Part shown: in pieces, positions 50,917-58,400 of the stretch
How positions within the stretch are numbered: position 1 is the stretch's first letter
Layout of the letters: each line of letters begins with the position of its first letter
Source: Kofleriaceae bacterium
GTDB lineage: Bacteria; Myxococcota_A; Polyangia; Haliangiales; Haliangiaceae
Reading direction: 5' to 3'
DNA length: 64,000 bases
NCBI GenBank assembly: GCA_965215005.1
Contig: CBDCCZ010000037.1
Location: forward strand, 37,209-101,208
Notes under the pieces: model-generated
Told to the model about the DNA's origin: nothing
Databases searched by the model: none
Seen by the model: only the letters and a program-made list of their open reading frames with translations
Translations under genes and position numbers: made by a program

Positions 50917-52488
50917 TTACGCGGCGCTGGATATCTCGCGCGGTGCGCGCTCTAACCGGACGTGCCTGCCCAGTACGCGGGCGAGGGGGCCAGTTTTTCG
51001 GCGCGCGGCCCACACCTCGAGCGCGAGGTCGTCACGGCCATCGACGGTGATAGTGACTTCGTCGTCGGCGATGGTCGCCGAGACGGCCCCTACCTGCTGA
51101 TCATGGCCGCGGTCGAACGCGACGGCGATGCGCAAGAGACTCGCCAGCGCGATAACGTCGTTTCGCTGGTGACGCGTCAGTTTACGCAGCGACTTGGCGC
51201 GCGGGCGTGGCTCCTTCTTGCGCTGGTAGCGCACGATGTGCGCCAGAAGCTGAATCTCGTCTGCTTCGAAACCGCGTAGCGCGGCGTGCTTGATGATGTA
51301 GCGGCCGTGTTTGTGATGACGGCGAAACGAGACGTATTGCCCGATGTCGTGGAGGAGTGAGGCGTACTCGAGCAGCTCGCGGTGGCGCTCATCGAGCTCG
51401 TGAGCGGCGCGAAGCTCATCAAACAAGGTGAGTGCGATTGTGGCGACGTGCTCGGCGCGAAGGCCGCCATCGGGCTGATAGCCGCGACGTAAGTGATCGA
51501 TGCCGCGCCGGCGGATGCTCGTCGCTTGCGCAGCGGGCGACTGCGGATGATAGCGGTCGAGATAGTCGAGCAAGATGCCCTCGCGCAGAGATGCGTCGCA
51601 GACTCGCAGCTCGCTGGCCCCCAATAGCTCCATCAGCTCGGCCAACACCAGCGCTCCGAAGTGGATGCTATCGGCGCGCCGCTCATCGATGCCGCCGAGC
51701 TTGGCGCGCTGCTCGGGATCCTTGGAGCAGAGCTCATCGGCCAGCTTCTCGACCTGTTTGCGCGTGAGCACCTCGACCTCGGCGAGCCTCGCAAGCGCGC
51801 GGATGCTGCCCGAGGTGCCGATGATCGTGCTGGGGGCGAAGCTCGAAGCCCGCTCGATTGCACCACTAGCCACGCCTCGGATGCGGGCGCGCAACTTCGC
51901 TTGAGCTTTGTCGGTCAATTTACCGGCATCGCCGTGCTCGCCGAGAAGCCGTTGCACTCCGAGCCGCAGACTCTCGCTTTGGAAGACCTCTGCTCCGGAG
52001 CCAACGACCAGCTCGACGCTGCCGCCGCCGATGTCGATGATCGCCCGCGAGCCGTCGCCCAGGTCGAGGTCATTGTGCACCGCGCGGTAAATCAGGCGTC
52101 CTTCCTCCGAGCCGGAGACCAGGCGGGTCGATACGCCGGTTCGTCGGCGTATCGCGTTGAGAAACTCGCCCGCGTTCTTGGCTTCACGAGTGGCGCTCGT
52201 CGCGACGGCCAAAATCGCTTCGGCGCCATGGCCGTCGGCGATCTCGCAAAACCGAGAGACCGCGTCGACACCACGCTCGAGCGCATCCTCGGATAAGCAG
52301 TGGCTTTGAAACGTCCCGGCGCCGAGCTTGATCATATCTTTGAGACGATCCACCACCGACAGCGAACGGTCTCTACCGACGTCGGCGACCAACAGATGGA
52401 CCGAGTTCGAGCCGATGTCCACCGCGGCTAACCGAATGCTGTCAGTCGCCGTTACGGCGCCAGAGGGGGTTGTCATAGTCGAGGTCAC
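50917..52488 (-). CDS. ppx: Ppx/GppA exopolyphosphatase family with HD domain
   Basis: DIGSNSVH, ATSATREA, DIGGGSVE, LREG, LLHDIG. Confidence 0.9.
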   Translation of the reverse strand: MTSTMTTPSGAVTATDSIRLAAVDIGSNSVHLLVADVGRDRSLSVVDRLKDMIKLGAGTFQSHCLSEDALERGVDAVSRFCEIADGHGAEAILAVATSATREAKNAGEFLNAIRRRTGVSTRLVSGSEEGRLIYRAVHNDLDLGDGSRAIIDIGGGSVELVVGSGAEVFQSESLRLGVQRLLGEHGDAGKLTDKAQAKLRARIRGVASGAIERASSFAPSTIIGTSGSIRALARLAEVEVLTRKQVEKLADELCSKDPEQRAKLGGIDERRADSIHFGALVLAELMELLGASELRVCDASLREGILLDYLDRYHPQSPAAQATSIRRRGIDHLRRGYQPDGGLRAEHVATIALTLFDELRAAHELDERHRELLEYASLLHDIGQYVSFRRHHKHGRYIIKHAALRGFEADEIQLLAHIVRYQRKKEPRPRAKSLRKLTRHQRNDVIALASLLRIAVAFDRGHDQQVGAVSATIADDEVTITVDGRDDLALEVWAARRKTGPLARVLGRHVRLERAPREISSAA

Positions 52489-52886
52489 GGATTGCCCGTG
52501 CGGACCGGCGCCGTAGGCGCTCGCGGAGCTGGCGGCGTTTCCTTGGGCGTGTCGAGAGGCACTAGCTCGATCGCCACCACCTGGTTTTCGTTGGGCCGCA
52601 CCGGCACCTCGCTTACTCGGTAGCCTTCCTTCTTCAGCTGAAACAGCACCGCCACCTCGCCGCGACGAACCGGGACTGCGATGGGTGTCACCCCGAGAAG
52701 CTTGCGGTCGTTTGCGGAAATGATGGCAGCTCCCGCCGGCGTGCTGCGGAACGTGATCTCAACCGTGGGACTGCCATCCACGGGGGGCGGCTCGGCGCGG
52801 GCGGCGCGATGCATCCATCCCGCTGCGACAAAGAGCGCTGCGGCGAAAACGATGGCCGCTTTCAGCAGTGGCTGTGCCCGTCTCAT
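52485..52886 (-). CDS. PEGA domain protein
   Basis: Signal peptide; STPAGAAI...LGVTP...KKEGY. Confidence 0.75.
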   Translation of the reverse strand: MRRAQPLLKAAIVFAAALFVAAGWMHRAARAEPPPVDGSPTVEITFRSTPAGAAIISANDRKLLGVTPIAVPVRRGEVAVLFQLKKEGYRVSEVPVRPNENQVVAIELVPLDTPKETPPAPRAPTAPVRTGNP

Positions 52887-53368
52887 AGCGGCACGTTCCC
52901 GTGATCCTCGAGCGCCCGCGGATCGACCGAATCTCCCCGAAGCGCCGCCTTCGCAGCTTCGAACACGTACCGAACGCCGTGCGTCGCGTGGCGGTCCCAG
53001 TATTCAGCTTCGACTGCGCTGAACTGGATCAACACGCAGAATGGATCGTCGGCGCTGGTATCAAACCAGCGGCTCCACTCATCTTTCCAAAGTGCGTTGA
53101 TCATCTCGTGGTCATCGATGACGTGAGCGGTTCCGCTGATGGCCAGATAGCGGTCATCGCCTTGCATGATGGCGGCCGCCTCGGAGCCCGCGCGCAACGC
53201 ATCGACTTCGCTACTGGCAAGCGAGGTGACGAACCATAAATCGCCGTGGCGGTTGGAGTCGGCAATGGCGAGCGGCTTCGCGACGAACCGCCGATTGCGC
53301 TGGGAGACCAGCACTGCGGTGTCAAAGCGTCCGAGCAGCTCGGCCAACTTTTTGCGTTCGTGATTCAT
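52883..53368 (-). CDS. General stress protein 26 / pyridoxamine 5'-phosphate oxidase-like
   Basis: GDLWFVT, YLAISG, LW...W..WF, AEYWD; GGAGGG RBS. Confidence 0.85.
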   Translation of the reverse strand: MNHERKKLAELLGRFDTAVLVSQRNRRFVAKPLAIADSNRHGDLWFVTSLASSEVDALRAGSEAAAIMQGDDRYLAISGTAHVIDDHEMINALWKDEWSRWFDTSADDPFCVLIQFSAVEAEYWDRHATHGVRYVFEAAKAALRGDSVDPRALEDHGNVPL

Positions 53369-53393
53369 AGACCCTCCCTCAGACCCTCCGTTG

Positions 53394-53409
53394 AGCAAGC
53401 GCCGTTCCG
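53394..53409 (-). promoter_or_regulatory. sigma54 -24/-12 promoter
   Basis: CGGAACGGCGCTTGCT on the minus strand upstream of GSP26. Confidence 0.55.
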
Positions 53410-53527
53410 GACCCACCGTGTGGCCCTGGGTTCCCCCTGTGTCACTAGCGCTCAGCTTCCATCCACCCGTGGCAGCCCGGTAGCAGGATCGCGGAACAGT
53501 GCCGGTGCTGAGGAGCGCCGCTGGCAA

Positions 53528-54038
53528 GTCCAGCCTAGTGCATGCAGCTTATTCATGAGCATGCTCACGATCAATTCGTCGGCATCAAGCCATTCGGTGT
53601 GCTGGGCTCGGTCGAGCAGGCGGCCGGCGGCGCTGCCGCTGCCGCCGCGCTCGGCGTCGGCAGCGACGCCGTCGGCGCGCGTGGCACGACATGCAGTGCC
53701 GGCCGGCGCCTCTTCGAAGCTGCCGTCGATGAAGCGGCGCGGGGGCAGCTCGGCGCCGTGCGTCGTGCGTATCGAAGCGTCGCCGCGTCCCACCGACGGA
53801 ACGCCGCTGTCGGCGCGGACCAAGCGATAGCCCTCGGGGATGGCGTTGGCGTCGGGGCCGTAGCGAAACTCGGCTTCGAGCGCGGTGCTCCAGCCGTTTG
53901 GCAGCGGCTCGAGGCGATGCGCTGCGTGGCCGCGCTGCGCCAGCAGCTGCTGGCGAACGGCTTTACGCTAGCGGCGATGCCGCGGGCGAGATGGTCTTAG
54001 ACGCAGCGATAGTGTCAAGTTCGCGAAACGCGTGAGCA
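53528..54038 (-). pseudogene. Orphan copy A: toxin pre-tip segment fused in frame to an immunity C-terminal fragment
   Basis: 53602-53952 aligns to toxin 56214-56558; 53528-53601 aligns to immunity 54824-54897; in-frame TAG upstream and no start codon. Confidence 0.8.
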
Positions 54039-54096
54039 TTAACGCGTGGGCGGGCGACGACTATGACTGCCGCAGGTTAGCCGAGCGAGATCGCGC

Positions 54097-54479
54097 TCGG
54101 CGTAGGCGGCGACGGCGTCGGCGCGGGTGGCGCGCGCGTCACTGCCGGCAGGCGCTTCTTCGAAGCTGCCATCGACGAAGCGGCGCGGCGGCAACTCGGC
54201 GCCGTGCGCATCGAAGGGGCGCGCGCGCCCCACGGAGGGGACGCCGTCTTGATCGAGGACCCAGCGATAGCCCTCCGGGATGGCGTTGGCGTCGGGGCCG
54301 TAGCGAAACTCGGCTTCGAGCGCGGCGGTCCAGCCGCTTGGCAGCGGCTCGAGGCGATGCGCTGCGTGGCCGCGCTGCGCCAGCAGCTGCTGATGGCTAG
54401 CGAGTTTACGCTAGCGGCGATGCCGCGGGCGAGATTGTCTTAGACGCAGCGCAAGTGCGAGATCGCGAAAGGCGTGAGC
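54097..54479 (-). pseudogene. Orphan copy B: toxin pre-tip segment with shared 5' flank
   Basis: 54097-54397 aligns ungapped to toxin 56263-56563; flank 54405-54479 matches 53962-54037. Confidence 0.8.
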
Positions 54480-54798
54480 GTAGCCGTGGTTGCGGCTGTA
54501 CCGTCTCTAGCGTCGAGCGCGCGCTACCACGTCGGCATCGGGCGCGCGCCGCGCGCCGACCGTGCATGGCTCGTCGGGGCTCGATTCTCGGCCTGGGATG
54601 GCATGCACTCGCCGAGCCTCGCATCACACCGTCGAGCCGCGCAGGTGTCGGTTACGCGATGAGACCTTGCGGGAATCGAAGCGCGCGCTCGACGTTCACG
54701 CGCAAGCGTAGCTCGCCCGCGGTGTCATGGCGTGACGCGGTTTTTTGGAAGCAAGCGATCTCAACGAAGACGCGGCTTGCGCAGGCGTGGCGGCCGAT

Positions 54799-55497
54799 TT
54801 AGCGGTACGGGGATTGCTTGAAGGTCCAGCCGAGTGCACGCAGCTCGTTCATAAGCATGTCGACGATCACCTTGTTGACGTTGAGCCACTCAGTGTGCGT
54901 GGCACCCGAGGGCGTGATCACGTCGACCATAGGCGGCTCAATCACCTCTCCGAACAGCGTAGGGCCGAGTCCCAGCGTGAGCCTACTGCCGCGGTCGAGG
55001 TTGGTGCCACAGACGATCTGACACCCGAGGCCGTCGTTGTTCACGACGAGCCACCACGTCTGAGCCCCGTCGAGTTCCGGTGCCGGCTCGAGATGGTAGG
55101 CGGGGCTAATGGCACCGTCCTCATTCATGACGATCAGCTCCTTCGTGCGCGCGCTCGGCGGCAGGATGATGCGGACGCGGTCGGTGCCGGCACCACAACG
55201 AATTCCGGTAAACTCCCATAATCCTTCTGCGCGCCGAACCGCCTGTTCAACCGCCAGGACCAGTTGTGGCATCAGCGGAAGCTCGGTCTTCACGTTGATG
55301 CTGAACGGCGCCTCACTCCCGAGGTCGAGCCCCCAATCTTCGATACTCATCAGGTACCCGACAAAATGCGAGGGACGCCGCCAGGACCAAGCCGCGGCGA
55401 GAGTCGCGCACAACAAGCCGGGACCCTTATCGGCGTTAGCCGCCGTGAGCATGCGTGCGGGAGCTCGAATCCGAATGTCGTAGGCGTCAGCGGTCAC
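54799..55497 (-). CDS. Putative immunity protein
   Basis: GTGA overlap with the toxin stop, GGAG RBS, visibly less GC-biased codons, no recognised family. Confidence 0.65.
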   Translation of the reverse strand: MTADAYDIRIRAPARMLTAANADKGPGLLCATLAAAWSWRRPSHFVGYLMSIEDWGLDLGSEAPFSINVKTELPLMPQLVLAVEQAVRRAEGLWEFTGIRCGAGTDRVRIILPPSARTKELIVMNEDGAISPAYHLEPAPELDGAQTWWLVVNNDGLGCQIVCGTNLDRGSRLTLGLGPTLFGEVIEPPMVDVITPSGATHTEWLNVNKVIVDMLMNELRALGWTFKQSPYR

Positions 55498-58400
55498 GGG
55501 TTCACTACTCTCCATTCGTTGCTGGCGTCGCGCCGAAACGTTCGACTGATTCCACCATCCATGCGGATGATGACCTCGAATACTCGTCGGGCCCCTGGCG
55601 GCTTGTATGTGTGTGTCATGTTTCGCAGGTCGCGCAGCGATCGATCGAACCAGTCACGTCTCGGCCCTACCTCCCGCCAGCCGCCCTCGCCATCGCGACG
55701 CTCCACACGTAAGTTGCCGGCATCATCGACTCGGTTTCTGGAGTCGCCACCACCAGGCAGCCCCTGCGCCGACCGTAGCTCGGCGTCAAAGATGCCATAC
55801 ACTACTACCCGATAGTCGCCGTCGGGGCTGCTGTCGAACTTCTTGAGACCTTCACTTATTTGTGAGCTGAGATCAGCGGAGCTTCTGACCGGCGCCCGCA
55901 CGCTCTTTACCTCGGTCATCTGCCCGGATCCCGTCCGCAGATCGGCTTCACGTCTACCGGTACCGGTCCGATGCTCGCCAAGGATTAGTGTGTCGTTGTC
56001 GGCTAGGGCTGCGAGTTGGTGGCGGGCTTCGACGAGCTCGTTGAGCAGGTCGGCGCGCTGGTGGGCGGCGTCTGTGGTGTCGGCTGTGATGCCGTTGATT
56101 TCGGCGAGGACGGCGTCGATGTCGCGGACGCGTGGATCGCTGGCGAGCTGGTGCAGTAGCGTCGGCAGCTCGGCGGCGTCGATGCCGCGGGTGGCGAGGA
56201 TGGCGACGTCTTGTTGGGCGCGATCGAGGAGGCGGCCGGCGTCGCTGCCGCTTCCGCCGCGTTCGGCGTAGGCGGCGACGGCGTCGGCGCGGGTGGCGCG
56301 CGCGTCACTGCCGGCAGGGGCTTCTTCGAATCTGCCGTCGACGAAGCGGCGCGGCGGCAGCTCGGCGCCGTGCGCATCGAAGCGTCGCGCGCGTCCCACC
56401 GAGGGGACGCCGCTGTCGTCCAGGACCCAGCGATAGCCTTCGGGGATGTCGTAGGCGTCGGGGCCGTAGCGAAACTCCGCTTCGAGCGCAGCGGTCCAGC
56501 CGCTGGGAACCGGGTCGAGGCGATGCGCTGCGTGGCCGCGCTGCGCCAGCAGCTGCTGATGGCGAGGCGAGGCGGCGCGCTCGGGTGCAATCGGTACGGG
56601 GGAGTCGACCGCGGGCGCCTCGCGGGGGTGCTCCCCGGGTCGCGAGCCCATCTGCGCCTGAGCGCCGTGCACGGTGCCGTCGTCATCGGCGCGCGCGGCG
56701 ACGAAGCCAAGGCCCGGCGCGAGGTCGTCGAGGTGCGAGGCGTGCTCGCGGATTTGCGCCTCGAGGCTGGCAATCTGCAGCTCGATCGATTCGCGCGTGG
56801 TGTCGTCCAGGCCGTGCTGGCTGAGGCGCTCGCGAAACTCCGCGACCATCTGCGGCAGCTTTTGCAGCTCGAAGTGGGCTTCGAACGCGCGGCTCCCAGG
56901 CGGAATACGGCCGCCGCCGCGCTTGTACGCCTGCACGCGCTCGAGCAGGTTGCGCAGCGAGCCGGTGAGGCCTTCGTAGCGACGCATCGAGCGCAGCGTG
57001 GTCTCGTGCATCGCCACCCACTCGAGCGACGCGCTTCGGCCGACCTCGAGCCGCACGTTGGTGATGCCGCCGAGCGCGCCCACGTCGTAGGCGATGCGCA
57101 CGTCGCCGCCGTCGATCCGCACCACCTCCACGGCGAGCGCGCGGGCCACCATGTCGACGTCGGCGTCGGCCATGGCGCGCGCGCCGCGCTGCGACACGGC
57201 ATCCTTGAACGCAGCCCGATTCTCAGCCTGGCGATGCGCGTGAATCTCGCCGATATGCCCCATCGCGCGCATGGAGCCGCGCATCAGGCCCTGCTGCGCC
57301 AAGATGTTGCCGTAGGCGCTCGCCCACGCGTTGGCGGCCTCCTCTTGCACGCGCGCAAGCTCGGCCCGCAGACCCGGCAGTCGCGGGTCGGATTGGTTGT
57401 CGTGCTCGAGCACTTCGACCTGCGCCGCAAGCTCGGCCGCCTGCCGAACCGCGCCAAACCGCACCGTCTGGATCTCTTCCATGGCCTGCTGATTGAGCAG
57501 CACCACGTCGCCGGCCAGCTCTAGCCCCTCCATCACGTAATACAGCCGTGTTCCCAGCTTTACGGTCCGCGTTGCCTGACCGACGTAGGGAAGGATGTCG
57601 ATGGCCAGCTGACCGATTCCCATCCACACCCGTTCGGTGGTGAGGGTGTCGCGCTCGTAATACGCCACCATCTGCGAGACGGTTTCGATGCCGTTGTAGG
57701 CAACCAGTGCCGGAACCACGACCGGCGCCGTGTAGGGCGCAAAAATCACCACCACCGCGCCGGCGATGTTGACCACCACTTGCACCGACGGGTCCCATAC
57801 GGTGCTGCGAACAACCTCCCAGGTGCTGTTGCAGTCGAGGGTGAAGCCAAGAAATCGGCCCGTCGAAATTCCGGCCTCATCGAGGGTTTCGACGCGCACG
57901 CTCATCTGCCCCGATGGATACGATTTACTGAGCTCGACGAAGGTGGCTTCGAGAGCGTCGCGAAACGTTGGACGCACCTCCGAGTAGCGACTGTTGTCGT
58001 TGTCGAAGGCCTGCGTGGTGTCGTGGATGCTCACGCGCCACGCTTGTCCCTGCCGCTGCGCCGTTGCCACCAGCGATAGCTCTTGTGAGGTCGCGTTGCT
58101 GGCGCGCGCCAGGTACGCGCCCTGAATATGCAAAAGCTGCGCTCCCGCGTCCTGCTCTTGTCGGATCCGTTGCTCTGCTTCATCCAGCGAGCGCAGATAC
58201 TCAGCGGCCCACTGCAGCGCTCGCGGATCGGCGCGCCCCGAGTCGACGTATCGCTGAATGCGCTCGCGCTGACCGCGAAGGCGGTCGAGGTGCTGCGGCG
58301 GCAGCATGCCAGGCCCGCATTCGATCGGCAGCGCGCCTTCGACCACCGTGCCGGTCGAACGCGCCGTCGAGTCGGTCCAGCTGCTATCGGCAAATTCGTA

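Noticed and set aside
53542..54443. Plus-strand ORFs ending in FTLAAMPRAR(W/L)S in both repeat copies
   Set aside because: Their similarity follows from the duplication; codon conservation favours the minus-strand toxin frame
53528..56563. Diversity-generating retroelement (template/variable repeat pair)
   Set aside because: No reverse transcriptase in the window, and differences between copies are not adenine-specific; many are synonymous
56211..57524. 437-aa plus-strand ORF
   Set aside because: Antisense to the toxin CDS with no recognisable motif
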